Shown: positions 29,036-39,288, counted from the first letter of the stretch. The stretch: 64,000 bases of DNA from Vampirovibrionaceae bacterium NZW_1234 (GCA_041697335.1 JBGUGD010000038.1:93971-157970); one strand, 5' to 3'. Program-made: numbers and translations. Notes: generated by a model from the sequence alone, not told the origin.

Positions 29036-30220
29036 ATGGCTTTGGAACAGGCATACTCACAACCCCCGCTCCTGGTGACCTATCAACTGGTCCTGCCCCC
29101 GGAGAAACTGAACGCCGCTACCGTCGAATCGATGGCGAACAAGATTGCCATTGGCCAGACCGTGGGCACGGAACTTGCAGCCGATCTGACCTTGCTGAGC
29201 GACTACCGGGCCACGGTGGCCGACTATCGAATTTTGCCGGAAACCACCCCCGAGGGCGAAGGCATTGCACTGATCCAAATTGCCTTTCCGCTCAATACCG
29301 TCATCAGCGATATTGGCACCCTGACTTGCGTGATTTTCGGCAAGCTGTCGATGTCCGGCAAGATCCGCCTCGTGGAAATCGATGTTCCTCCCGTGTTAGC
29401 CGAGCGGTTTGGCGGTCCCAAGTTTGGCTTGGCGGGCATTCGTGAGCGTGCCCAGGTGGCTGAAGGCCCCTTGCTGATGAGTATTTTTAAGCCCTGCCTG
29501 GGCCTTCCCGGGCACATGCTGGCAGAAAAGCTTTTTCAAACCGGCTTGGGCGGCGTTAACATGGTCAAGGACGACGAGGTTATCTCCGATCCGGATTTTG
29601 ACAGCGCCCGCCGCCGTCTGGCCGCTTGCCTGGCGGCCTCTGAAAAAGTAAAACAGGAGACCGGAAAACCCATTCTCTATGCCATCAATCTCTCCGGCCC
29701 TGCCGATACCCTATTGGATCGGGCTCGGACCCTGGCCCGTGACGGCGCCCCTATGCTGCTGTTCAACTACCTGTGCTATGGCCTGCCGATGCTCTCGGCC
29801 CTGCAAGCGGATCCGGCAGTCAATATCCCCCTGATGGCACACCCTTCCCTGGCTGGGGCGTTTTATGGCTCACCATGGCATGGGGTTTCGCCCAAAGCCC
29901 TGTTTGGCCAGCTGCCTCGATTGGCCGGGGCGGATCTGGTCCTGTTTCCCAGTCCCTATGGATCGGTCGCCCTGGGCTTTGAAGATGCCATGCGGGTGAA
30001 AGCGGCTTTAAGCGTGGAAATGTCCGGCCTAAAACCAAGTGCCGTGGTGCCGTCCGCCGGTATCAAAGCCAGCATGGTCCCGGCCATCCTCAAGGATTTT
30101 GGCTCGGATGTGGTCATCAACGCCGGAACCGGCATCCACGATCACCCGCAGGGTTCTGCCGACGGCGCCCGGGAGTTTGTTCGGGCCATCCGGGACTATC
30201 ACGCCGTTCCGGCGGTTTAG
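29036..30220 (+). CDS. mtnW: RuBisCO-like protein (form IV), 2,3-diketo-5-methylthiopentyl-1-phosphate enolase
   Basis: GKLSM, GPKFG, MSIFKP, VKDDE, AHPS, FPSPYGS, PSAGI; clustered with mtnX and mtnB. Confidence 0.92.
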   Translation: MALEQAYSQPPLLVTYQLVLPPEKLNAATVESMANKIAIGQTVGTELAADLTLLSDYRATVADYRILPETTPEGEGIALIQIAFPLNTVISDIGTLTCVIFGKLSMSGKIRLVEIDVPPVLAERFGGPKFGLAGIRERAQVAEGPLLMSIFKPCLGLPGHMLAEKLFQTGLGGVNMVKDDEVISDPDFDSARRRLAACLAASEKVKQETGKPILYAINLSGPADTLLDRARTLARDGAPMLLFNYLCYGLPMLSALQADPAVNIPLMAHPSLAGAFYGSPWHGVSPKALFGQLPRLAGADLVLFPSPYGSVALGFEDAMRVKAALSVEMSGLKPSAVVPSAGIKASMVPAILKDFGSDVVINAGTGIHDHPQGSADGAREFVRAIRDYHAVPAV

Positions 30221-30230
30221 GGGACCTGTC

Positions 30231-30935
30231 GTGAGCGTCGTCATCGAGCATCGCCAGCCGGTTATCTTTAGTGATTTTGACGGGACCATTACCGAACGGG
30301 ACGTCATTCAGATGATTATGGAAGCCTTTGCCCCACCCGTGTGGAAGGACATTGTGGCTCAAATCCTGGATGCCCGGACCTTGAGCATTAAAGACGGGGT
30401 GACCCAACTGTTTGACCTTCTCCCGGGCAGCCTGCATGACGATATTGTTGCCTTTGTGAAAGAGAATGTGCGCTTTCGGCCCGGCTTTCCCGAGTTTCTG
30501 ACGTTTTGCCAGGCCAAGGGCATCCCCTTTAATGTGGTCAGTGGCGGCGTCGACTTTTTTATCGAGCCTGTTCTGGCCCCCTATCGGGATCGGTTGACCC
30601 TGTACTGCAATCGCGCCCGGATGACACCGGAGCGCATTGAACTGAGTTTCCCTTATGGCGCCACCGATTGCGAGCCATGCAACCAGTGTGCCTGTTGCAA
30701 AATCGGGATTCTGGACAGGTACTCCCCCGAGACCCACTACAGAATCGGTATTGGGGACAGCATTACGGATTTGGGGATGTCCCGGCGTGCGGATTGGACC
30801 TTTGCCCGAAGCCGCCTGATTGACTATACGGCTGAAGCCGGAATCCCCACAACGCCGTTTGAGACCTTTTATGACATACAAGCGGCCCTGGAGGCCAAAC
30901 TGACGGAGGTGCCCCTTGGAAGCCCTCGATCGTAA
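30231..30935 (+). CDS. mtnX: 2-hydroxy-3-keto-5-methylthiopentenyl-1-phosphate phosphatase
   Basis: SDFDGTIT, VSGG, CACCK, IGDSITD. Confidence 0.9.
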   Translation: MSVVIEHRQPVIFSDFDGTITERDVIQMIMEAFAPPVWKDIVAQILDARTLSIKDGVTQLFDLLPGSLHDDIVAFVKENVRFRPGFPEFLTFCQAKGIPFNVVSGGVDFFIEPVLAPYRDRLTLYCNRARMTPERIELSFPYGATDCEPCNQCACCKIGILDRYSPETHYRIGIGDSITDLGMSRRADWTFARSRLIDYTAEAGIPTTPFETFYDIQAALEAKLTEVPLGSPRS

Positions 30936-31587
30936 CACCGCACAACAGCACATCATCGATGCCGCCCGCCTGTTTTATGATCGGGGCTGGTTGTTGGGCA
31001 CCGCCGGAAACCTGTCGGTGAGACTTTCGGCGTCGCCACTCAAGTTTGTAATTACCGCAAGCGGCGTTGATAAAGGCCTGCTCTCCCATGAGGATTTTGT
31101 GGTGGTGGATGCCCAAGGCCAATTGACGGAAGCCTCCTCCCATAAAGCCTCTGCCGAGACCTTGCTGCATGCCGCGATTTATCAGGCCTATCCCCACGCC
31201 GGGGCCGTGTATCATGTGCATTCCGTTGCCGGGACGACCTTGTCCCAGACCATGCCCGCCGAGGCCCGGAGTCTGCGGTTTGAAGGTCTGGAGATGATCA
31301 AGGGCCTGGGCTTCAACACCCATGAGACCTCGATTGACCTGCCTGTTGTGGACAACCACCAGGACATGGCCTATCTGGGACAATGCTTTCCGGAGGTCGC
31401 CAACCCCGAGGTGCCGGGGTTAATGCTGAAGGGGCACGGCATCTATACCTGGGGCCGTACTCCGTTTGAGGCCAAGCGGCATATCGAAATCTGGGAATTT
31501 CTGTTTCAGGTGAGCCTTAACCAACGGCTGCTGGGGGCGTTGCCGTCACCGGCTCATACACCGCTTCCCATCCGGCAGGGGTCATAA
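30916..31587 (+). CDS. mtnB: Methylthioribulose-1-phosphate dehydratase
   Basis: GTAGNLS, TASGVDKG, SAETLLH, HVHS, GHGIYTWG. Confidence 0.93.
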   Translation: MEALDRNTAQQHIIDAARLFYDRGWLLGTAGNLSVRLSASPLKFVITASGVDKGLLSHEDFVVVDAQGQLTEASSHKASAETLLHAAIYQAYPHAGAVYHVHSVAGTTLSQTMPAEARSLRFEGLEMIKGLGFNTHETSIDLPVVDNHQDMAYLGQCFPEVANPEVPGLMLKGHGIYTWGRTPFEAKRHIEIWEFLFQVSLNQRLLGALPSPAHTPLPIRQGS

Positions 31588-32056
31588 ACACCCGCAAGGC
31601 CACAATGAAACGGTCCTCGGCCAAGGTGAACCAATGACGCGTATAGGCAGGCACCACGATGAGATCGCCTGCCTGCACATGGATGTCAAAGGGCTCGCTG
31701 TCCGGGGGCACAATCCCGAAAATACCGTTGCCACTCAACACCACCCGGACCTCGTCATCGGTATGGTGATGGGTTTTATCGAACTTGGCGAGAATGGCAT
31801 CGAGGTTGGGGGTCTCCGGTGACAGGCAAACGACGTCTTCGGACAAGTAACCATGGGCCTCTTTTAAGGCCTTTAACGGCGCCTCGATGGCCTTGAAAAT
31901 CTGGGCCTGATACTCTGGGTTCTTGGCGGCTTCTCGACATACGCTGGGGTCCACGGTGCTGATGTCCCACACCCCGCGCTCAATGCCAACCGGGTCGCAC
32001 AGGCGAGCCATCTCTTCAGGCTGCGTGAATTTCGTTGTGCCTTGTTGTATCCACAT
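31517..32056 (-). CDS. mtnD: Acireductone dioxygenase (cupin)
   Basis: HHHTDDEVR, GDLIVVPAYTRHWF; 3' end overlaps mtnB. Confidence 0.92.
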   Translation of the reverse strand: MWIQQGTTKFTQPEEMARLCDPVGIERGVWDISTVDPSVCREAAKNPEYQAQIFKAIEAPLKALKEAHGYLSEDVVCLSPETPNLDAILAKFDKTHHHTDDEVRVVLSGNGIFGIVPPDSEPFDIHVQAGDLIVVPAYTRHWFTLAEDRFIVALRVFMTPAGWEAVYEPVTATPPAAVG

Positions 32057-32240
32057 GGGTCCCGTCTCCAGACTCAGTACCACTCTGGCGGTTATTGTAG
32101 CGTAAATGGAGACCCATGTCCCAAGGGGACGCTTTAAATTCGTTCACACACTAGCATCAATCCGGCTTGAGAGGATTTTATGCCGCTAATTTCGGGTGTG
32201 AACCTTATGGTTACGATGGGACAAACTTGGGAGATGGGAT

Positions 32241-32951
32241 ATGCATTTGAATGCGGTTCAGTCCGTCCGCTTTGGCGGTTTTCACGTGTCGGAAAAACGC
32301 TTTCGGGACAAGGACATGATTATTTTTTGCTTGGGCGGCGGGCCTTATGAAACGTTTAGTACACTGGAAATGAGTCAATACCGCCAGGCGGCTCCTGTGG
32401 TAACCTGTGTCGATGACCACTTTCCGGAATTGACGTACAAAAGTCCGTTTGACATCCGGCCGGCGATGATGGCCCACTTTGGCTGGGAACAGGATCCCTG
32501 GCAACAGTTGAAGGTCAGCCTGGAGCCCAAGGAGCCGTTTAAGGCCTTGGCGAGTAGCTTGGCGTCTCAGCGGGAGTTGATTGCTGCCTTCATGATGCAG
32601 AATCAAGCCCGTGCCCGGGCATTATTAACAGACCTGTGCTCGCAGATGACCTTGCGGCCTTCGCAACGCAACACCAAAACGGATGACGGCGAATCCAAGC
32701 CCGCCCTGAAAGAAAGCCTGGAACGGCTTCGCCAGATGAACATTCGCCCCCCTTATCTGCCTGATGAGATACCGGAGGATCAGCACGAATCCGTTTTTGC
32801 AGAAACCAAGCGCCGTATCCTTGACGCCTTGGCCAACCCGCTCACCAAGCTGACCTACCGGGTCATGGTGAAGGATGACTCGGCCCAGGAGACCCAAGGG
32901 CATTTGAAAGTGGCCCTGGAAGTGCCCAAAGTGGACACAGGACTTCAGTAG
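32241..32951 (+). CDS. Hypothetical protein with N-terminal VRFG motif
   Basis: GGAG RBS; begins MHLNAVQSVRFGG. Confidence 0.7.
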   Translation: MHLNAVQSVRFGGFHVSEKRFRDKDMIIFCLGGGPYETFSTLEMSQYRQAAPVVTCVDDHFPELTYKSPFDIRPAMMAHFGWEQDPWQQLKVSLEPKEPFKALASSLASQRELIAAFMMQNQARARALLTDLCSQMTLRPSQRNTKTDDGESKPALKESLERLRQMNIRPPYLPDEIPEDQHESVFAETKRRILDALANPLTKLTYRVMVKDDSAQETQGHLKVALEVPKVDTGLQ

Positions 32952-33082
32952 CCTGTTTATTTGCCGATAACCGGATACATCTTCATGCGACGGGGGGTAC
33001 ACCCCCTCTAGCGAAAGGCACAACGGAATTGCTATAATGGATGTATCAGGACACGAATGCAATCGGAAAGGTAGGCCCTTGT

Positions 33083-33256
33083 ATGACCCAAACCGCCCAT
33101 GAACCCCACGTTCACTCCGAACACTGCGGGCATCATCACCACAGCCATAGCCCCTATGTGCGCGAGTCAGCCAAGATCGGGCGGAATGACAAGTGTCCCT
33201 GCAACAGCGGAAAGAAATTCAAAAAGTGCTGCGGCAGCGCCGATGCCGCCAAATAG
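33083..33256 (+). CDS. Small SEC-C motif protein with His-rich N-terminus
   Basis: [21 protein letters not shown]. Confidence 0.85.
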   Translation: MTQTAHEPHVHSEHCGHHHHSHSPYVRESAKIGRNDKCPCNSGKKFKKCCGSADAAK

Positions 33257-33286
33257 CCGTTCATCGGGCTTAACGTAAGACTTAAA

Positions 33287-33316
33287 CAAAACCGCCACCT
33301 CTGGTGGCGGTTTTTG
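33287..33316. terminator. Intrinsic terminator
   Basis: AAAACCGCCACC-TCT-GGTGGCGGTTTTT. Confidence 0.85.
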
Positions 33317-33516
33317 TTTGGCGCTCGCCATGCCGCTTTTCCCCGGGGTTGTGAAACATACCAAGGGGGCTTCTCTTCAGAATTTCTAAATATTTGTAAA
33401 TCCAAGGGAATGACAACTATCAAAAAATTCTTAAGATCTTGTTTTTATATGTATACGTAACAGTTCTCTCGAACACTCGCCATGGGCGAGGTGTGACAGG
33501 TTGGAGGCGACATTTT

Positions 33517-33789
33517 ATGTCAGGCTTTGACAAAATCCCTGGATTTTTTAAGCCACAATTTCAAAATTTTTCGCCCTCCCCCGCAGCGCAACGCCGGGTG
33601 GAGCCCAACCCGTTTGAGACCGCAAACGCCTTTCCCAATTCGCCGTTTTCGAACTTCGCCTCCACCATGGGGCAGTCGGATCCGGGTGGGATAGACATTG
33701 AAGCCGTCTTGCGAGATCTGGAACAAATGGCCAAGATGATGGACGCGCCCAAGCGCCTGCCCGGAACCGGGATCGATCGTCTCAGTTAA
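33517..33789 (+). CDS. Small hypothetical protein
   Basis: GGAGG RBS; C-terminal GTGIDRLS. Confidence 0.65.
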   Translation: MSGFDKIPGFFKPQFQNFSPSPAAQRRVEPNPFETANAFPNSPFSNFASTMGQSDPGGIDIEAVLRDLEQMAKMMDAPKRLPGTGIDRLS

Positions 33790-33867
33790 GACGTTTCTTG
33801 AACCCAATGCATCGGTTCCCGTTCGGTCTGTCAGATCGGGCGTTCGAGCTACAGCGCCAGCTTTCCT

Positions 33868-33901
33868 AAAGAGGAACGGAAAACTTTTCCGTTCCTCTTT
33901 T
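33868..33901. terminator. Bidirectional terminator between convergent genes
   Basis: AAAGAGGAACGGAAAA-C-TTTTCCGTTCCTCTTT. Confidence 0.8.
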
Positions 33902-33927
33902 CGTAGTCATCCTAAAAACGAGAGCCC

Positions 33928-35724
33928 TTAAGCCTGGGCACCATAGGTGGCGTTGCGGTACTTGGTTTTCAACGCCTCCGTTTTCGCCAGGACAGCTGCA
34001 CTCAAGAGCTGCTTGGGCCGAGGGTATGTATGAAATTCGTTTAAAACCCGTTTTTGCACATCCCGGAAGTCCTCACGATACAGCAGATGCTGACGGTTGA
34101 TACCGTCGTACCAGACGACAAGCTCATTCTGACCTTTTTCTCGAACACTGCGGACACTGGGTTGACCATCGGGCGTGCGAACAATCTTCACCCGACCGGG
34201 GATGGACTCCTTGCCGGGCGCATCCAAAGGCGCTTTCATCGCATCCTGCTCCGGGTCTCCGTAAGCGGCCAGTTTGGCCGCGGCCGACATATTGCTCCGG
34301 GACAGGGCATCGTGGAGGTAGCCGCCCACGCCGTAGTACACGCAATCAGGTGGCGAAAATCCAGCTTGAATAAGCTTTTCGTTGATCTCCATGACCTTGG
34401 GCAAGGTCATCCCATCAGCCTGAATCACCCGCAAGGTAGTCATGGCCTTTAAAGGCCGACCATCAGCCGCAGTCACCGTCGTATAGAGGCCTGCCTCGAC
34501 GGCCTTGTTCAGGGCAAAGAGAATCTGCTCATAGGGGTCACCCGAATCCGGGCGGGCACAAACGATGTTGCCCGTGTGCTGGGCTTTTTTGGCCAACTCG
34601 ACAAGATAGCCCACAGCCTTGCGGTAGTCATAGCAATCGGCCACATAGGAGGCAATGCGCCCTCGGGCATGATTAAAGATGGCGTCATAGGCATCGGTTT
34701 CCTTGTCATAGCCTTGGACAATGCCGTGATACAAAGAGTCCATGGCCAACGTGGAAGCCGAATTATTGTTGGCCCGTTTATAAGCCAGATACGCGGCAGA
34801 AACCGTGGAGGTGGCCGGGAAACTGGTCAGTGACGCCAGTCCCAGAACCTGGCTTTCTTCCGGGGTCATACCGGAGCGATCGCTGAAATCGACCATCAGT
34901 TTCTGAGCCTTGGCAGTGACATCGGCCTCGGCCATGGGTTGGTTCGTACATTTACGAACCAGATCTTTGTTGTAATCCAACCAGAAGCGCAACAAGGACG
35001 CCCGTTCACTGGTCGCCCACAGTTGCACCAGCTTGCTTTCAAACCAGACCGCCAACGGCCCGAAGCCATCTTTGGCGGTGATTTGAATCACCGGCTCACC
35101 GGGGAAACTGACGGCGCCGTCTCGCAAGGCTTCCACTTTAATGGGAATATAGCCGTCGTACTCGTCGACAATACGGTCCCACATGGCTCTGTCCCATTTA
35201 AAGGGCTGCCCCGCCCGGGCGGTCTTATAAAAGGTGTCCGCCTCATCGATTTCCTGACGGGTGACCGGATCATGGAGGAGTTTTCCAATCAATTCCTGAA
35301 GCCCAAAGAAGACAAAGCGGGACTGTTCCGGCTTGAGACCGATTTGCTTCATCCACGGTGTCAGCTCCCGCCGAAACGACAGCTGATACGTGCTCATGGT
35401 CTTGGCCTTGGGACTCACATAACCGGCACTCGCGGCAATGTAGGCATCGGGCATCAGCATCCGGGGCACACGCAACGGCGGCAGGAAACCGGCTTGCCGA
35501 CCCACTTTATCCGTGGTCTCCCGCAAGGACACAAACGCGGCTTGCAGCTGCTGTGGCGTCAATCGCCGCCCCAAGCCCTGGGCTTGGCGGAGTAAATCTT
35601 GTTTCAGCTCGTTTAATGTCGCTTTATTTGCCTTGGGGTTTGCTTGAAACCGAACCTTTGAGGGGGTCATACCCCCTGAGAAACTTTGGAATGAAACACT
35701 CAGGACCATTGGACCATCTCCCAC
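33928..35724 (-). CDS. Nicotinamide phosphoribosyltransferase (NadV/NAMPT-like) with N-terminal extension
   Basis: FVFFGLQ, DFSDRS, VADCYD, RPDSGDP, VIQADG, GVGGYL; start uncertain (35724 or 35709). Confidence 0.85.
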   Translation of the reverse strand: MGDGPMVLSVSFQSFSGGMTPSKVRFQANPKANKATLNELKQDLLRQAQGLGRRLTPQQLQAAFVSLRETTDKVGRQAGFLPPLRVPRMLMPDAYIAASAGYVSPKAKTMSTYQLSFRRELTPWMKQIGLKPEQSRFVFFGLQELIGKLLHDPVTRQEIDEADTFYKTARAGQPFKWDRAMWDRIVDEYDGYIPIKVEALRDGAVSFPGEPVIQITAKDGFGPLAVWFESKLVQLWATSERASLLRFWLDYNKDLVRKCTNQPMAEADVTAKAQKLMVDFSDRSGMTPEESQVLGLASLTSFPATSTVSAAYLAYKRANNNSASTLAMDSLYHGIVQGYDKETDAYDAIFNHARGRIASYVADCYDYRKAVGYLVELAKKAQHTGNIVCARPDSGDPYEQILFALNKAVEAGLYTTVTAADGRPLKAMTTLRVIQADGMTLPKVMEINEKLIQAGFSPPDCVYYGVGGYLHDALSRSNMSAAAKLAAYGDPEQDAMKAPLDAPGKESIPGRVKIVRTPDGQPSVRSVREKGQNELVVWYDGINRQHLLYREDFRDVQKRVLNEFHTYPRPKQLLSAAVLAKTEALKTKYRNATYGAQA

Positions 35725-35896
35725 GCCACACCATCATATAAAAAATGACTCTACTTGAAATGCAGGCATGACTCAAGAATTATCGCGATTTATACGCAAA
35801 GTTTGTTACAAGTCTATTGCTTGTTTTGAATATTCGCTTTACCTTAAAGCGAATTAAAGCTCATTTCGCAAAACACATGACATTGGCTCTCGATTT

Positions 35897-36811
35897 ATGA
35901 AACTTGATACCTGTCCATTCAGCTCGTCTCCTCGCTTTGGCTGGAGCAAACAGTCCCCCCCGGCTGTGGAAAGCTATTCCATAAGCATGACCCCGGAGTG
36001 TGTGATGCGCTCTTCTGATGGGGCGATCGAGCCGACCCCGCAACTCGTCTGCGAGATTGCCGGTAAAATGACCGGACTCGATCAACCTCGGTTTGTGCTC
36101 CTCACCGGCCTGTATCAACGCCTTCAACTTCAATTAAAAGAGATTCAACACTTTCAGACGTCACTCATTCGTGCCGTAAGCCAAGCCGTAAAGGCGCAAC
36201 ACTCCCCCCTGATTGACCCAAAGGGGTCCTATGGCACCTGTCCGGAATCCAAAGATGGCCTCTCCTCGGCCAATGCTCTGAACAAACCCCAGGAGCGAAA
36301 AAACCTGCACTGGGACAATGGCGACAGTTGCCATCATACGCCGCTGAACTCCCTTTCGTATGGACTTAACGTTGGGATTGAGGGAGGCAAGCCCCGGCTT
36401 GGGGATTTTGCCCAGTGGCTGAAGGATACACGCGGAAAATCACCCTCCGAGTTTAAGCCCACGGAATTGAAAGCACTCTATGAAGCGTACTATCCCGTCA
36501 TCGAAAGTGACTATAGCATTACTTTAAGCGAGCTCGACCCCGACAATGACATACCCCTATTGCTTTTTAACAACAGCAACCGCCACGACGGCATCCTTCA
36601 TGGGGTGACACCGGTCACCCAAACGGCGCCGGATGCCCGTCGCCCATTGTTTCGGGTGACGTTAAGCCGCAACGGCGATATTCGAATGCAGGAATGGCGC
36701 CAAGAAGAAGCCGAGCGGCGCAGAGCTGAATATTTAGGATTTGACGAGGCCACACGTGACGCCTTGCGGGCCAAAGGTCTGGAAGGCTGGTATCTCGGGA
36801 CGGAAGACTAA
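35897..36811 (+). CDS. Putative TauD-like Fe(II)/2-oxoglutarate dioxygenase with N-terminal PRFG motif
   Basis: LHWD (HxD) plus LLFNN...ILHGVTP...RPLFR; fold call is tentative. Confidence 0.55.
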   Translation: MKLDTCPFSSSPRFGWSKQSPPAVESYSISMTPECVMRSSDGAIEPTPQLVCEIAGKMTGLDQPRFVLLTGLYQRLQLQLKEIQHFQTSLIRAVSQAVKAQHSPLIDPKGSYGTCPESKDGLSSANALNKPQERKNLHWDNGDSCHHTPLNSLSYGLNVGIEGGKPRLGDFAQWLKDTRGKSPSEFKPTELKALYEAYYPVIESDYSITLSELDPDNDIPLLLFNNSNRHDGILHGVTPVTQTAPDARRPLFRVTLSRNGDIRMQEWRQEEAERRRAEYLGFDEATRDALRAKGLEGWYLGTED

Positions 36812-36913
36812 GCCCTTGTAAAAGCAAGCTATTTGTTGGATGGCTCTCGTCCTTGCTGTATGGGACAATAAGCCCAAACCCATGTCGACTTTTTTACTTA
36901 CAGGAGAGCCCCC

Positions 36914-37897
36914 ATGCTTCTGGTGACCGGCGGAGCCGGGTATATTGGCAGTCATTTCATCAAGACCTACCTGGATCTGAATCCATCGGAATCCGTCATT
37001 GTGGTCGATAACCTTTCCGAGGGGCATCGGGATGCCCTGATTTATCCTGACCGGATCCGCCTGGTTCAAGAAGACGTGGGTCATATCGCAGCGATGAGCC
37101 AGATTATGCAGGACCATGATGTCGATGCCGTGGTTCATTTTGCCGCCAGCTGCTATGTCGGCGAGTCTCAAACCCAGCCGACCAAGTATTTCCAGAACAA
37201 TGTGGTTCAGACCCTCAACCTGTTTCAGGCCATGGAACAGGCTCAGGTCAGCCGGTTTCTATTTTCCTCAACCTGTGCCACCTATGGTAACCCCATCCGC
37301 CTGCCCTTGGACGAGTCCCATCCGCAGCAGCCCATCAACATCTATGGCCTGACCAAACTCATGATGGAAATGGCGTTGAAAGGGTATCACGAGCGGCTCA
37401 ACTGGTCCTATGTCGCCCTTCGGTACTTTAATGCGGCCGGGGCCGATGAAAGCGGCCAAATCGGCGAAAGCCATGCCCCGGAAACCCATCTGATTCCAAA
37501 CGTCCTGAAAACCGCCCTCCAGCAACGGGACTCGGTTGAAATCTATGGCGATGACTACGACACCCCGGATGGAACCTGCCTGCGGGATTACATCCATGTG
37601 ACCGACCTGGCTCTGGCACACTGCAAGGCCTTAAACTTTTTAAAATCCAATGTGGTGGGTGAGGCCATTAACCTGGGCACCACCCATGGTGCCTCTGTCA
37701 AAGAAGTCATCGATCTCTGCCGTGAGATTACCGGATGCGATATTCCTGTGAAGCTATCCCCGCGCCGCCCTGGGGATCCCCCGTCGCTTGTGGCCAATGC
37801 CGACAAAGCAAAAGCCGTATTGGGATGGGAAACGCGCTATTCACTGCGCCAGATTATCGAAACAGCCTGGCACTGGGAGCAACATCGGTGCTATTAA
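36914..37897 (+). CDS. galE: UDP-glucose 4-epimerase
   Basis: TGGAGYIGSH, HFAA, FSSTCATYG, YGLTK, LRYFNAAGA, TPDGTCLRDYIHV. Confidence 0.95.
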   Translation: MLLVTGGAGYIGSHFIKTYLDLNPSESVIVVDNLSEGHRDALIYPDRIRLVQEDVGHIAAMSQIMQDHDVDAVVHFAASCYVGESQTQPTKYFQNNVVQTLNLFQAMEQAQVSRFLFSSTCATYGNPIRLPLDESHPQQPINIYGLTKLMMEMALKGYHERLNWSYVALRYFNAAGADESGQIGESHAPETHLIPNVLKTALQQRDSVEIYGDDYDTPDGTCLRDYIHVTDLALAHCKALNFLKSNVVGEAINLGTTHGASVKEVIDLCREITGCDIPVKLSPRRPGDPPSLVANADKAKAVLGWETRYSLRQIIETAWHWEQHRCY

Positions 37898-37900
37898 GCC

Positions 37901-38542
37901 TTAATTGCGTCGGCCAAAGTGAAGGGCGACGGACAGTGCGGCAAGTGAGCTGCAAATCAGGAGCGCATTGGTGGCCCAGGATTGTATTTCTTTGGCCAAC
38001 GTCAGGTTCTGCTGAATGCCCTGCCACCAAGTCCAGTAATCGATGACCTTCCCCAAGGGATGGTAATACTCGGCTACGGCAAAATGGGCTTTGATATTGG
38101 CCGGTGTCGGCAGTGCAAATCCCTGGTTCGGAAGTGACACGTCAAACGCCGGGATACAGGTAATCATGATAATGGCACAGCCAATGGCCGCAGCACGCGC
38201 CAGGCATTTCCACATGGCATGGCTGTACTCCGAGGCTTGCCAGACACAGCCGCAGGCAACCAGCATATACAGCAGCAGCCCGATATCAAAATAATATTGG
38301 GCAACGGTTCCCGGATTAAACCATTGGAATACCTGGCTGATAATCAAGGGTAAAAAGACCATCAGACCCCAAAACGTGCTGCCCAGAGGGCTGGCAATGG
38401 CTTCAACACGATTGCTACCGGAGGACTCCGGCCACGTGGTTGAATTGATAGGATCAATCAGCGGTGGTGGTGTCGTCGAAGATACCGACGTACCAACCGG
38501 CTTGAACGGGGGAATAGATGATAAATGCCCTTGCTGCGCCAT
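37901..38542 (-). CDS. Hypothetical multi-TM membrane protein
   Basis: GGAGG RBS; four hydrophobic segments. Confidence 0.7.
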   Translation of the reverse strand: MAQQGHLSSIPPFKPVGTSVSSTTPPPLIDPINSTTWPESSGSNRVEAIASPLGSTFWGLMVFLPLIISQVFQWFNPGTVAQYYFDIGLLLYMLVACGCVWQASEYSHAMWKCLARAAAIGCAIIMITCIPAFDVSLPNQGFALPTPANIKAHFAVAEYYHPLGKVIDYWTWWQGIQQNLTLAKEIQSWATNALLICSSLAALSVALHFGRRN

Positions 38543-38607
38543 GGTGCCTCCACAATCCGACTCAAACAGAAAAGATATCCTCTACTGGTATAAAAAATTT
38601 CTTTCCG

Positions 38608-39288
38608 CTAGTTGGAACGGTTTATGTCCAATTGTAATGGGTGAGCTTCGATAAAGCGGCGTTGGAAGACCGTTTCAAAGGCATCAATGACCCAGGGATA
38701 GAGGCGCAAGACAGCCTCATGATCACCAAACACCTCTGGCTGAAGGACCTGTAGGGATGTCATGACAGAGCTTGACAGGCCACAGGGGTTAATAGACTGA
38801 AAGTGACTTAAATCGGTCGTCACATTCAGGGCAAAGCCGTGATAGGTCACCCATTTGCGAACGGCCACACCGATGGACGCAATTTTTTGGTCACCGACCC
38901 AGACACCGGTCCAACCGGGGTTGCGCCGACCTTCCACCCCAAATCGCTCGAGGACCAAAATCAGGACCTCTTCCAGGTTCCGCAAGTATCGATGCAAATC
39001 CCGCTCCCCTTCGTTCAGCTGGAGTATGGGGTATCCCACCAACTGTCCGGGGCCGTGATAGGTCACATCCCCGCCTCGCTCAATCGGCACGACAGGAATC
39101 GCTTGCGTTGCCAGCAAATTCTCCTCATGGGTGCCTCGTCCCAAGGTAATGACCGGCGGGTGTTGGCCTAGAAGCAAGGTATCGGGAATATCGCCCCGGA
39201 TCCGCTCTGCTACACAGGCCAATTGTTGGTCATAGACCGTCTGATACTCGGTCAAACCAAAATCAATCCAATGGCCGGTCAGCGGCAT
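38608..39288 (-). CDS. lipB: Lipoyl(octanoyl) transferase
   Basis: QHPPVITLG, RGGDVTYHGPGQLVGYP, KIASIG, HGFALN, INPCG. Confidence 0.95.
   Translation of the reverse strand: MPLTGHWIDFGLTEYQTVYDQQLACVAERIRGDIPDTLLLGQHPPVITLGRGTHEENLLATQAIPVVPIERGGDVTYHGPGQLVGYPILQLNEGERDLHRYLRNLEEVLILVLERFGVEGRRNPGWTGVWVGDQKIASIGVAVRKWVTYHGFALNVTTDLSHFQSINPCGLSSSVMTSLQVLQPEVFGDHEAVLRLYPWVIDAFETVFQRRFIEAHPLQLDINRSN

Noticed and set aside
29036..30220. CO2-fixing RuBisCO
   Set aside because: Form IV motifs, no rbcS or prk, and methionine salvage context.
5120..34883. HIP1 (GCGATCGC) over-representation
   Set aside because: Only a few copies were noticed, far from the density of HIP1-rich cyanobacteria; not counted exhaustively.
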